Shown here in pieces: positions 54,974 through 63,986 of a stretch of DNA of 64,000 nucleotides. The position numbers were made by a program, and so were the translations under genes. The number at the start of each line of letters is the position of its first letter. The stretch's first letter is position 1. The notes below the pieces were generated by a model. The model had not been told where the DNA came from, did no database searches, and worked only from the letters and a program-made list of their open reading frames with translations. Origin of the DNA: an uncultured virus (IMG/VR IMGVR_UViG_3300006127_000002) (Duplodnaviria; Heunggongvirae; Uroviricota; Caudoviricetes); the IMG/VR virus record IMGVR_UViG_3300006127_000002; one strand, written 5' to 3'.

Positions 54974-55866
54974 TATTCCAAATCACCCCAAGCGCTAATG
55001 ACAGAGGCTAAGTCCTGCTTACCAGTAGTACCAATTTCAGGTTTCTTAGACACACGCTTGACAGGCTCAGGGATAACTTCGTCCGGCTCTGATTCAACAA
55101 CTACTTTTGGCTTTGCTGCAACGGGAGCGGTTGGTTGAGGCAATGCTGTTTTAACCCCATCAACTTGTGCAACAGTCATCAAAATTGCATTCTTAGCTTC
55201 TTGTGACGAACTAGCTTTTTCCACAACTGCCCATTCTTCAGCATTGATATGGCGTACAGGTGAGAACAACAACTTAGGTGTATCACTATCCATATCCAAT
55301 TCAATTTGCGTTACAACCTGATTGATGTTACGACCGTTGTTAGCCAAGTATTTACCATAACTCTCAAAAGGATGGACATTGCCCTCGCCCTTACCAAAGA
55401 TCGACTTAGATGGGAGCATTAACTGATATACGTCACCAGACATATCGCCCTCTAGGATTACTGCGACCCTACGTTGATAACGGCAAGCACGGCTAGTACC
55501 ACTACCAGACCCAGAAATGTTCTGAGGGCAAGTCGCACAGCTATCTGCCTGTCTATCTTCAACTTTAGCATCGGGTGAAATTCCTTCAGTAGACCAACAT
55601 GTTGGAGGTACAACCTCGTCAGGATTGTATTTACCTGCGTAGAAAATACGAGATATGTTCTTGTTTGCATTGACGATAATTACGTTAAGCTCACGGCCTT
55701 TAATCTTCGCAATCTCTTCACCATTGACAACCTTACGGAATACACCGCCACGAATAGAAATGCGTCTGCTACCACCCGCACCACCTGCAAGTGCTTTGGT
55801 TAATTCGTTAATGCCGCCTTTGAGGAAGTCGGGAACTTCTTGATTGAAAATAGAAATGTTACTCAT
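54973..55866 (-). CDS. Putative ssDNA-binding/annealing protein
   Basis: RISIRGGVFR, CWS..CATCPQN..CRY, flexible C-terminal tail; position in the replication module. Confidence 0.55.
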   Translation of the reverse strand: MSNISIFNQEVPDFLKGGINELTKALAGGAGGSRRISIRGGVFRKVVNGEEIAKIKGRELNVIIVNANKNISRIFYAGKYNPDEVVPPTCWSTEGISPDAKVEDRQADSCATCPQNISGSGSGTSRACRYQRRVAVILEGDMSGDVYQLMLPSKSIFGKGEGNVHPFESYGKYLANNGRNINQVVTQIELDMDSDTPKLLFSPVRHINAEEWAVVEKASSSQEAKNAILMTVAQVDGVKTALPQPTAPVAAKPKVVVESEPDEVIPEPVKRVSKKPEIGTTGKQDLASVISAWGDLE

Positions 55867-55890
55867 TTGCTCTCACCTATTAGAGGAAAA

Positions 55891-56286
55891 TTAACTTCTG
55901 CGTACTACGATTGTGTATTGACTATCCGACCACAGCCCGGGAGGGTGCAATTCAGGATTCTCTTCTAGAAACTGCTTCACGTTGTTTTGATGCAGTCGTT
56001 GCTGTAATAGTCCGTATGCGTCATTCTCTTTAATGAACTGAAACATCGAACCCCAATCATTTGTGTCAAAGCGTGTAGTTACTTTGCGTATGATTGTCCC
56101 TGCGCCTGTACGTATGCTACTGGCGTTTTGTTCCTTACAGATGTCTAGCAACTCTGCGGATATTGCTTCGAGTTGCTCATTGAATACAGCAATTTCTTGC
56201 TTGTGACGTTCAGCCGCTGCTTCCTTGGCGTCACGTATTTTGATATAGACTTTGGCTAGCTCTTCAGCCGATATTTTCTCAGTCAC
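55891..56286 (-). CDS. Conserved replication-module protein
   Basis: YIKIRD coiled coil, SIRT..GT, DW..F, PPGL; GTG start with GGAG. Confidence 0.7.
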   Translation of the reverse strand: MTEKISAEELAKVYIKIRDAKEAAAERHKQEIAVFNEQLEAISAELLDICKEQNASSIRTGAGTIIRKVTTRFDTNDWGSMFQFIKENDAYGLLQQRLHQNNVKQFLEENPELHPPGLWSDSQYTIVVRRS

Positions 56287-56316
56287 TGCATGCTCCTAAT
56301 TAAAGGGGGAATTACT

Positions 56317-56344
56317 ATTATAAGGCTTCTTTTTACTTTGTCAA
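56317..56344 (-). promoter_or_regulatory. Sigma70-type promoter TTGACA-N16-TATAAT
   Basis: Minus strand TTGACAaagtaaaaagaagcctTATAAT; shares TTGACAAAGTAAAAA with 63546-63575. Confidence 0.7.
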
Positions 56345-57714
56345 GAAGGTTCAGCGATTTCTTGACGGTACAAATCAATTATTTTTGTATGGTTGTTGAT
56401 GTTGTTGCTCAACATATGATATAGCTTACGCTCTACATCACTACCACGAATATGCACGATGGTCATTGCGTTCTTTTGTCCGGGTCTGTTAATACGTGCA
56501 TTAGCTTGAAGATAAGTTTCGACAGACATAACAGGTGCATACCAAATAACTGTGTTAGCTGCGGTTAGGGTTAACCCATGTGAAGCAGCTTGTGGTTGAA
56601 TGATAAGCACTTTAATTCTATCTGTGGTTTGAAAGTCTGTAACGATATCACTTCTACGATTTACTGCAACTGCGCCGTTAATGATATCGCATGATACGCC
56701 ATGTTTCGTTAAGTAATCTTTTAGTAACTCGATGGTGTGCGTAAAGGGAACAAAGATCAACACCTTATGCGAACTTTCTTCCACAACTTCTAGAATAACC
56801 TGTAGCCTATTAGATACATCGAACTCCACAACCTCTCTAGTATCCGTATAGACTGCACCGCCTGACAACTGTAGAAGTTTGTTGATGCTCGTTGCTGCAT
56901 TGGCAGAGCTGACTTCTTCTCCCGCTGCGCTAATCATCATCTGCTCTTTAAGAATTTTGTAGTACTTTAATTGCTGAGCAGTTAGTGGCGCTTCTCTTTC
57001 CAGATACGTTACTTCAGGTAAGTCTAGGCATTGGTCTTTCTCAAACCGAATAGCAGGTTGCAGAACTTTATGCACTATATCTTTTGCGTTAGGCTTAGGT
57101 ATCCATCGGTACATGTTAATCTTGGTCATTACCTGCTCCCTGAACTGCCCGTAAAACGGAGCTACGCCTTTGGGGTTGACCAACTTAGCTAAACCATAAG
57201 CATCCACCGGAGACTGTGCAGCAGGTGTACCTGTAAGCATCCAAAGACCCTTAACAGATTTGTTAATATCCCTAAGTACTTTCCATCGTTCGGTAGTAGG
57301 GTTCTTATAAGCGGATGCCTCATCAACAACAATAAGATCAAAGCCTCCGGCTATCACTTCATCCTTTACGATAGCTAACCCATCAAAGTTAATAATGACA
57401 AACTGCGCATCGCCACCGATAATCTTTGCCCGTTTCTTCCTATCACCATAAGCCACATCGCATGAACGATGTACAGCAAATTTAAACAAATCGTTTTGCC
57501 ATGCAGACTTCATAATAGACAACGGGCATACTACTAATACTCTGCGTACAACACCAAGGTTCATCAAGTAATCAGCAGCCCATATAACCGATGCAGTCTT
57601 TCCCGTGCCTTGCTCGTTAAAGCAAAATGCTTTGGGTCTTTCCGCTAAAAATGCGGCTGTGATTTTCTGGTGAGCAAAGGGTGTAAATTGCCCCGGCCAG
57701 TCATAATCTTTCAT
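56341..57714 (-). CDS. SNF2-family helicase
   Basis: EQGTGKT, VVDEAS, LTGTP, HGLTLTAA, QANARINRPGQ. Confidence 0.92.
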   Translation of the reverse strand: MKDYDWPGQFTPFAHQKITAAFLAERPKAFCFNEQGTGKTASVIWAADYLMNLGVVRRVLVVCPLSIMKSAWQNDLFKFAVHRSCDVAYGDRKKRAKIIGGDAQFVIINFDGLAIVKDEVIAGGFDLIVVDEASAYKNPTTERWKVLRDINKSVKGLWMLTGTPAAQSPVDAYGLAKLVNPKGVAPFYGQFREQVMTKINMYRWIPKPNAKDIVHKVLQPAIRFEKDQCLDLPEVTYLEREAPLTAQQLKYYKILKEQMMISAAGEEVSSANAATSINKLLQLSGGAVYTDTREVVEFDVSNRLQVILEVVEESSHKVLIFVPFTHTIELLKDYLTKHGVSCDIINGAVAVNRRSDIVTDFQTTDRIKVLIIQPQAASHGLTLTAANTVIWYAPVMSVETYLQANARINRPGQKNAMTIVHIRGSDVERKLYHMLSNNINNHTKIIDLYRQEIAEPS

Positions 57715-58007
57715 TTTGTTTTGCGTTCTCTTTTGCTAACTTCAGAAACTAAGTTGCGCTTCGAGTCACGCTTAAATGAACGATTAGCACTTGCGCTTTC
57801 TACCTTAATACCATCTTTAGCTGAACCGCCTTTATCAATAGCTTTAATATGTGCAGCGTCCATGCCATCCCCTTTGTGCAGCTTGCCTTCTTTTATTAGT
57901 TTACGACGGGCTTTATTGCGCTCTTCCCGGTGCTTAACTTGTTCGGGGGTATCTTCATAAGCTACTGCGGTATTGTATTTACGATCTGCTTTATTTTTAT
58001 ATGCCAT
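57711..58007 (-). CDS. Small HNH-like protein
   Basis: RNKARR..KGDGMDAAH...KGG...ANRSF; ATG 58007 with AGGAG. Confidence 0.7.
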   Translation of the reverse strand: MAYKNKADRKYNTAVAYEDTPEQVKHREERNKARRKLIKEGKLHKGDGMDAAHIKAIDKGGSAKDGIKVESASANRSFKRDSKRNLVSEVSKRERKTK

Positions 58008-58308
58008 CTTTGACTCCTGATATATTGTGAGTATTAGTAACGGGGGGAAACCCAAGCTCCCCTATATCGGTTTCCCATAATGGCTTACGGTTTTCATCCG
58101 ACGCCCGACCTAATATTTTACCTGCGGTAATGGCGACTTCCATCAACATCTTTTCCTTCTCGACGTTGAACCGCTTATCAAACTCCATCGATATTAGCTT
58201 GCCTAATACTTCACCTAAATAAATATTAGTTATATTCTTAACTCGCTCGTTTACTTTTTCATCTAAGATAACTGCGGTGTCAATCGAAACTTGATCTAAA
58301 TCTTCCAT
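57997..58308 (-). CDS. Hypothetical protein
   Basis: ORF track; AAGGA RBS. Confidence 0.6.
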   Translation of the reverse strand: MEDLDQVSIDTAVILDEKVNERVKNITNIYLGEVLGKLISMEFDKRFNVEKEKMLMEVAITAGKILGRASDENRKPLWETDIGELGFPPVTNTHNISGVKDGI

Positions 58309-58310
58309 GT

Positions 58311-58973
58311 TTATCCTTTGTGGTGTGCGCAGCTAGTAACTGGGCAAAACTTACATAGTGGGCCTGAAACTGGATTCCATACTTTGTTAGCCATAGCAGC
58401 TTCAAGGCGGTCAAGCTCGGGCTTCATAACGTGCATATAATCTTCCTTATAAAAACTATGATGCTCCTTCGTCACGAACTCGTTACTAATAACAAATGCT
58501 AGTGCGGACTTAATCTCAAGCACCATAGGGAACGCAAGGAACACCCCCGCCGCTAATAGATCAAGCTGTTTAGTATCCGCATACTTTGCATTTTTGCTAG
58601 TCTTATAGTCCACCAGATACGCCGCACCGCCATCCACGATAAGCAAGTCTGCTATACCATGCCACCAATGATTAGGGTCATCAAACTTACAAGATATATA
58701 TTTCCCTTGCTTGTTCTTTATTATCCCTAACTCAATCTCACAGTATTTTTTACCGGGGATTTTGTTAAGCGTATCTAACGTCTTTTCAGCAAACTTAAAT
58801 TCCTTTGGTAAGGGTTTACCATCCCTTATGTAGAACTCAGCCGCTTCATGGAACTTCTTACCGTAGTCTGCCGCCGCACCGCCGACATTTTCTACGTCCT
58901 TTGTTACCTTTAAATGGTAGTACTTCTTAGGACATTGTTGGAACGTCTTTAGACTACTGTAAGACCAACCCAT
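58311..58973 (-). CDS. PD-(D/E)xK exonuclease (RecB/Cas4-like)
   Basis: WSYSSL..CP, GIADL, LVDYKT, QL, CKFCP...C. Confidence 0.88.
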   Translation of the reverse strand: MGWSYSSLKTFQQCPKKYYHLKVTKDVENVGGAAADYGKKFHEAAEFYIRDGKPLPKEFKFAEKTLDTLNKIPGKKYCEIELGIIKNKQGKYISCKFDDPNHWWHGIADLLIVDGGAAYLVDYKTSKNAKYADTKQLDLLAAGVFLAFPMVLEIKSALAFVISNEFVTKEHHSFYKEDYMHVMKPELDRLEAAMANKVWNPVSGPLCKFCPVTSCAHHKG

Positions 58974-59278
58974 TATTTTTTCCTTAACACTTCTAATAGT
59001 TTCTCAATGTAATGCTGACCCTTGGCGATCTCTTGGGGGTTCTCATCCTTTGTGCCCATACGCATGATGTACTTGAGCGCCCCACCACGGTAGTAACCAA
59101 TTTGCTGATCGATAGGCCAAGTATCCACAACATCCCAAGGCTCGATACCCATAGTCTTGTAGTGATTGCCGCCTACCTGCTTATCACCTGCGGTTGCTTC
59201 TATGTACACACCTGCTTTTCGTCGTTCTTCCATGATTACGTCTTTAAGATTAAGTGGGGGATATGCTGCTTCAGCCAT
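58973..59278 (-). CDS. DUF3310 (SaV-like) protein
   Basis: QVGGNHYK..IEPWD..GGALKYIMR..K..EIAK..HY. Confidence 0.8.
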   Translation of the reverse strand: MAEAAYPPLNLKDVIMEERRKAGVYIEATAGDKQVGGNHYKTMGIEPWDVVDTWPIDQQIGYYRGGALKYIMRMGTKDENPQEIAKGQHYIEKLLEVLRKK

Positions 59279-59489
59279 TACTTTTTTGCCTTTTAGCTTT
59301 TTCTTCGTGTTCGATTGCGACCATTCCTTCAAATATTTTAAATGCTTTACCAAACCGCATCTCGTATACTTCTGCAAGCCCTACAACGACTGGGTCATTT
59401 ATTTCTTCATTAAGTGTACGTAAGTCATCAACAACATTCCAACATTGCATGATTGCTTGTTCTAGCTCAAAGCGGTTAAACTTTTTCAT
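59271..59489 (-). CDS. Hypothetical protein
   Basis: RFELEQAIMQCWNVVDDL pattern. Confidence 0.7.
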   Translation of the reverse strand: MKKFNRFELEQAIMQCWNVVDDLRTLNEEINDPVVVGLAEVYEMRFGKAFKIFEGMVAIEHEEKAKRQKSNG

Positions 59490-59629
59490 TTTGCTTCCAA
59501 AAATAAACCTACGTTACCAAGAGCATAGCCTAGAAAAGCGATGCCCAACCCTACCTGTCCTTTGTGAAGCAAGTCTGCTGCTACTGCAAGATATACAAAG
59601 CCGATAATGGCGATTAACCAACTACTCAT
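59486..59629 (-). CDS. Small two-helix membrane protein, 47 aa
   Basis: Hand translation MSSWLIAIIGFVYLAVAADLLHKGQVGLGIAFLGYALGNVGLFLEAK; ATGA overlaps at both ends. Confidence 0.7.
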   Translation of the reverse strand: MSSWLIAIIGFVYLAVAADLLHKGQVGLGIAFLGYALGNVGLFLEAK

Positions 59630-59814
59630 AGTGTCCTCTTTCGTTTAGGTTTAGCTGCGGTAATACCAATTTCTTTTTCTGCGTGTTTAGCTCTAAGCAT
59701 CGCATCCGCTAGTGCGTAGCATTCTTTTGCATCTTCATCTTCTGCACCTGTTTTCCATGTAATATTCAACATAGCAAACGCCGCAAACAAATCTCTCAAA
59801 TCTTCGTCATTCAT
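59626..59814 (-). CDS. Hypothetical protein (LRDLFAA..AY..ADAML family)
   Basis: Motif common in phage small proteins. Confidence 0.75.
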   Translation of the reverse strand: MNDEDLRDLFAAFAMLNITWKTGAEDEDAKECYALADAMLRAKHAEKEIGITAAKPKRKRTL

Positions 59815-60118
59815 TTGGGTATATTCTCTTTAACATATATTCTGCCATCCTTTCCTTGGTATTTACCATAGCCTCGCCTAGCATATCGAGAAACGATAAA
59901 TCTTTTTCTTCCTCTTCCAGTAGCTTGCGCATAACTGCCTTGTGGAATTCTCCATCCCCAAACAATCTTACATTTACGTAAGTGCTAGCGTCATCAAGGT
60001 CAATACTCCATAACTCTAAAAAATCTACCCATTTAGAATAGAACCTATCTCTACGCCGCATAAACTCTTCGGGGTACATCTTTCTGCGTTCTAGAAGTAA
60101 TTTAATGCCTTCATCCAT
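59807..60118 (-). CDS. Hypothetical protein, paralogue family GxKxLL...PEEF
   Basis: ATG 60118 with GAGG; MDEGIKLLLERRKMYPEEF. Confidence 0.65.
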   Translation of the reverse strand: MDEGIKLLLERRKMYPEEFMRRRDRFYSKWVDFLELWSIDLDDASTYVNVRLFGDGEFHKAVMRKLLEEEEKDLSFLDMLGEAMVNTKERMAEYMLKRIYPNE

Positions 60119-60125
60119 AGCGGCC

Positions 60126-60281
60126 TCACATGCAGGTAGTGACACAGTTATTGTTGTCTGTGCAGCAGGTAGTACATACTGTGTTAGTGCCATCCCGGTT
60201 GACAATAACATTTGTTATACAGTTAGCTGCCGCTGCGGTAGCAATCACCGCAAATAATGCACCGATTAGATATTTGTTCAT
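60126..60281 (-). CDS. Secreted Cys-rich micropeptide, 51 aa
   Basis: Hand translation MNKYLIGALFAVIATAAAA-NCITNVIVNRDGTNTVCTTCCTDNNNCVTTCM. Confidence 0.7.
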   Translation of the reverse strand: MNKYLIGALFAVIATAAAANCITNVIVNRDGTNTVCTTCCTDNNNCVTTCM

Positions 60282-60283
60282 AA

Positions 60284-60550
60284 TTAGTTTTGTTCCCTTA
60301 TAAAACCTTCGTTTAAGTATTTACCCTTAGTACGGAATTCAATCTCAGGGTGAGCGCATCTGCCTTGCGCAATCATCTTGGCTTGGTATTGCTTCGTACA
60401 ATCCGTACAAAACCCAAACCTCGATAACTCTGCCACCCGTGCTGCTTCTTTCCATGCCTTGTATTGCTTAGCAGTTACGCACTTTGGGGTGCGCTTAAAA
60501 ATAATTACTATGTTTTCACTAGGTTCGTCTGGCACTTTTTCGTTAACCAT
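60284..60550 (-). CDS. Hypothetical protein with FCTDC...C motif
   Basis: ORF track; start uncertain. Confidence 0.55.
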   Translation of the reverse strand: MVNEKVPDEPSENIVIIFKRTPKCVTAKQYKAWKEAARVAELSRFGFCTDCTKQYQAKMIAQGRCAHPEIEFRTKGKYLNEGFIREQN

Positions 60551-60587
60551 AACGTGCCCTTCTCGCTTAACCCTCTTAACCCTAGGT

Positions 60588-62414
60588 TTAACATTCCCCG
60601 TAAGAACGCCCATGTCCACTCTCACAATTCAAAGGTAAGCCCAACGCCCAAGCGGGGCGCATTCTCATGCAAATCTCAACATACTCTTGTGCTACTTCAA
60701 CTTCGTTCTCCGGTACGATACAAGCAATCGCATCATGCACCGTCATTACAACCCTGTACTTTTTGGCAATCTGTAACATCTGTTCGCCGATAATGATACG
60801 GGCTAAGCCTTGGCAAAGATTTTCTACTACCTTGCCTCCGTATATCCTGTTAGGGATAACCGCTTTACCACGCTTGGTATCGTAAACGTATTCAACACCG
60901 CCGCCTTCCTTGTCCTGAGTGCGTAGATTGGGATACTTGATATACAGTCCGTTTGGCATGCGGATACCACGCTTGGGGTCAACTACTAATACGCCATCTC
61001 TACCGAGTTCGCACGTTTGTTCGCTAAGGATAGCTTCAAGAGCGTTCGACGCTTGCTTCCATAGTTGCGGTATTTTGGGGTATGTTTCCCTGTAGACTTG
61101 TATGATGCGCTTTGCTTCATCTTCTTCAATATCCACTCCAAATGTTTTGAGTTGCGCCTTGAACTTTGCAGCGCCCATACCATAACCAGCACCGAGAATT
61201 GTTGTCTTACCAACAAAGCGTTCTTCATTAGTAATTTCTGATTCCGCCTTGCCATAGATAGCAGCAGCCATGATTTTGTATACGTCCTGCCCATTTTCAA
61301 ATGCCTCCACTAAGTCGTCTTGTCCTGCTAACCATGCCACAGTACGTGCTTCGATCTGTGACGAATCCGAATCAATCATTAAATACCCTGTAGGCGCATG
61401 GATTGCATACTTTAAAGGAGATGTACGCCCTAGGTTTTGCATGTTTACCTTATCGTCCCCACCCCATCGCCCCGTATGTGCAGCGTAATAACGTAATGGG
61501 ATAGGTAACGTGCCACGCTCTGATATATCTATGAATCTTTGAGTGCGTGTTTCTTCCTGCGTAGATTTCAATCCTAACCTTGCGGATACTAAAATCTGTA
61601 TAAGAGTACTTTCATGCTCCAGTAACGCTTTAAATGCTTCGTCAGTTTTAGAGAACGCCCATGTTTCTTTGCCTGTAATCGGGCTAATCTTACGTGGCGG
61701 TTCAACCCCGGCAAGGCGTAGCATCTCGGCAAACTTGTCATTACTCATTAGATTTTCACGATCCGCTAGCCCTGCGGCATTAAGAAGTTTTGCCTTCTTA
61801 TCAGCTATAATCATCATGTGCGCTTCTAGCTTGCCTTGATCCAGTTCTAACACCGGCTCACTAAACATGCGTATAGTCAGATCAATTAGGCGTAGCTCAG
61901 TAGGGGGAAAGTCTGGGCGCATACAGTTAAACAGTTTCCATGTCAACTCTACATCGTTCTTGCAATACTCCCCGTACTGCGCCATTTCTTCGGCGGTAAA
62001 GTCTAAGCGCCTTTTGCCCAACGCCTTAAGGACTTCCGTACCTTTAGCACCCAATCCATAAAACTCTGTAAGTTTTGCGAGGCTACCTCCAACTTCTGTG
62101 CTATGTATTGCACGAGCCATGCTAAGTGTATCCAACCAACCACGAGGATTAACCCCAAAATGCCAACCCAATATAGCAGCGTCAAACATAGCGTTATGAG
62201 CCAATGCAAGGTTGTTTTCGAAATCAAAACTCTTAAGGAAGTTCTTTGTGTTGTCATACGTTCCTGAGAAAAACTGCGTCTCGCCATCATTGACCTTTAC
62301 CGCTACTCCGATAACCTCAAACTCCTTACTACGGATATATTCCTCAGTTGTAAGTTTAGATAGGCTATAAGACTGCGAGTAAAAAGTCTCCATGTCTATT
62401 GTAATTATTTTCAT
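60588..62414 (-). CDS. polA: Family A DNA polymerase with 3'-5' exonuclease
   Basis: Exo motifs IDMET, HNAMFD, YCKND; HTGRW; motif A DSSQIEAR; motif B RFVGKTTILGAGYG; motif C VHD. Confidence 0.95.
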   Translation of the reverse strand: MKIITIDMETFYSQSYSLSKLTTEEYIRSKEFEVIGVAVKVNDGETQFFSGTYDNTKNFLKSFDFENNLALAHNAMFDAAILGWHFGVNPRGWLDTLSMARAIHSTEVGGSLAKLTEFYGLGAKGTEVLKALGKRRLDFTAEEMAQYGEYCKNDVELTWKLFNCMRPDFPPTELRLIDLTIRMFSEPVLELDQGKLEAHMMIIADKKAKLLNAAGLADRENLMSNDKFAEMLRLAGVEPPRKISPITGKETWAFSKTDEAFKALLEHESTLIQILVSARLGLKSTQEETRTQRFIDISERGTLPIPLRYYAAHTGRWGGDDKVNMQNLGRTSPLKYAIHAPTGYLMIDSDSSQIEARTVAWLAGQDDLVEAFENGQDVYKIMAAAIYGKAESEITNEERFVGKTTILGAGYGMGAAKFKAQLKTFGVDIEEDEAKRIIQVYRETYPKIPQLWKQASNALEAILSEQTCELGRDGVLVVDPKRGIRMPNGLYIKYPNLRTQDKEGGGVEYVYDTKRGKAVIPNRIYGGKVVENLCQGLARIIIGEQMLQIAKKYRVVMTVHDAIACIVPENEVEVAQEYVEICMRMRPAWALGLPLNCESGHGRSYGEC

Positions 62415-62833
62415 CTTGTTTGTGGGTTGATAGGTATTTGTGCTAAACGGTCGTATCGTGGGGCTTGTGCAGCAGCTATTGAGTTCGCCGCCCCAAGTTG
62501 TTTCTCTGCATACTGTTGGTATAGAGAATTTTGTTGTTGTTGTTGATGCAAAGTATCTATACGGTCTTCTTTTTCTTCCGATTGTGGGTCTAGTTTTTCT
62601 TGCAGTATTGCACTTAACATTTTTTTCCGTCTATATGTCTTACGCACCCGGGCTTCAACTGATCTGGCAACGGTTTGTTCTATAAACGTACCCCTGCGTT
62701 GCACTTCGTCTAATAAGTATTCCCATCGGCCTACGGCAGTCATACCTGTAAAATCCTCAGGATTTTCTTCTAAGTGTTTAAGTAATACCTTGACTTCGTT
62801 AGAGCAAAACCTACGCAATAATTTAGTTATCAT
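62411..62833 (-). CDS. Hypothetical protein, paralogue family
   Basis: SNEVKVLLKHLEENPEDF. Confidence 0.65.
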   Translation of the reverse strand: MITKLLRRFCSNEVKVLLKHLEENPEDFTGMTAVGRWEYLLDEVQRRGTFIEQTVARSVEARVRKTYRRKKMLSAILQEKLDPQSEEKEDRIDTLHQQQQQNSLYQQYAEKQLGAANSIAAAQAPRYDRLAQIPINPQTR

Positions 62834-63251
62834 TTTGCAGACTCAGTTTGGGGGAGGGGAAAGTTAACTCGTTCTCTAATATCCGCAACGCCTCGTTTGT
62901 TATGGACGCCATAGTCATAAGTTTAGTTGGATGCTTTATATTCTTTAGCGCTACCCCATCGCCTTCCTTCGGGTCTAGAATCTGCGACATAACATAGTCA
63001 TCGAACGCCTTGCGCCTAATCTTGCTATACCCCTCAAAGAGTGCATCAAGTTCAGCCTGAGAAAAGCACGGCACTATAGAGTTTGGGGGAAGCGAATTAC
63101 CGATCTTACGGTTAACAATTCCTTCCATCACACCTTCAAATTTGGCAGATGCTCTTAGTGACCTGTGATCTTCCGGGCTAAAAAATTCTTCGGGGTTTGT
63201 TTCCATGCGCTGTAGAAGTATTTTTACTCCCGCGCTAAATTCTTCATTCAT
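62823..63251 (-). CDS. Hypothetical protein, paralogue family
   Basis: SAGVKILLQRMETNPEEF. Confidence 0.7.
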   Translation of the reverse strand: MNEEFSAGVKILLQRMETNPEEFFSPEDHRSLRASAKFEGVMEGIVNRKIGNSLPPNSIVPCFSQAELDALFEGYSKIRRKAFDDYVMSQILDPKEGDGVALKNIKHPTKLMTMASITNEALRILENELTFPSPKLSLQNDN

Positions 63252-63547
63252 AATAGTTGTAGTCCTTCTATGGTTTGCTCTAGCTCTGCTAGGTTATCTT
63301 CATTTACTACAAGCGCCGACCCCATTGCAGCACGTATCGCAGCTAACTCTCTATCTTGAAGTACTGTGGTCTTGCCTTTACCGGCCTTACATTCCACCGC
63401 TAAGAAATATCCATTGACACAACATATCAAATCGGGTATACCTGCCCTACCTAACCCATTCATACTCGGAGAGAAGTGCCAAACACCGTGCTTCTTGAAT
63501 ATGTCCTTACATTTCTGTTTGACCTTTGCTTCGGGGGTTGATGCCAT
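63248..63547 (-). CDS. VRR-NUC domain nuclease (putative Holliday junction resolvase)
   Basis: TPEAKVK..GRAGIPDL..FLAVECKA..LQ. Confidence 0.88.
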   Translation of the reverse strand: MASTPEAKVKQKCKDIFKKHGVWHFSPSMNGLGRAGIPDLICCVNGYFLAVECKAGKGKTTVLQDRELAAIRAAMGSALVVNEDNLAELEQTIEGLQLL

Positions 63548-63580
63548 TATATGATGTCTATTTTTACTTTGTCAAGGTGT

Positions 63581-63722
63581 GGGGGGTTATGTATATTCCA
63601 CGCCCCCCTTCGTGTTAGGGAGTGGTGTAAGCAGACAAACTTCTTTACGCCTAGCAACTTACACCAACGCTACAGAACACATATACAAGGCGTTACTGTT
63701 TGCGTAAATACCATGCTAGGCG
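63581..63722. ncRNA. Candidate structured intergenic RNA (two interleaved 9-bp helices + G6/C6 hairpin)
   Basis: TGGTGTAAG/CTTACACCA and CGCCTAGCA/TGCTAGGCG perfect complements. Confidence 0.45.
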
Positions 63723-63725
63723 GCA

Positions 63726-63986
63726 TCAAAATAAACTTTTAAAGAACCCACCGACTTTCTGAAAGAATGATAGTTTCTGCTGCGGTAAAAAGTTAGGCAG
63801 TTCACGTTCCGGCAAAAAGTTGTGCATCTCGTAAGTTTGTCCGCTTACACCAGTAACCGTATGTTTTGGCTGCTCGCTCAGAGGGATATGCGGTGTTGTT
63901 TCTAACTTCTCAATCTTCTTTTGCAGACGGGCTTTCTTTATGCGTAACCTAGCCACGGCAGCTTTCTGCTGTACTTTCTTAGGCAC
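63726..63986 (-). CDS. Basic hypothetical protein
   Basis: ORF track; AAGAAAGG upstream of the GTG start. Confidence 0.55.
   Translation of the reverse strand: MPKKVQQKAAVARLRIKKARLQKKIEKLETTPHIPLSEQPKHTVTGVSGQTYEMHNFLPERELPNFLPQQKLSFFQKVGGFFKSLF

Noticed and set aside
58311..58973. Cas4 / CRISPR system
   Set aside because: Stand-alone PD-(D/E)xK nuclease in a replication module; no repeat-spacer array or other cas genes seen.
63581..63722. Assignment to a known riboswitch or ribozyme class
   Set aside because: Conserved core nucleotides of SAM-II, hammerhead, twister, pistol and HDV-like RNAs were not found by eye; kept only as an unclassified candidate.
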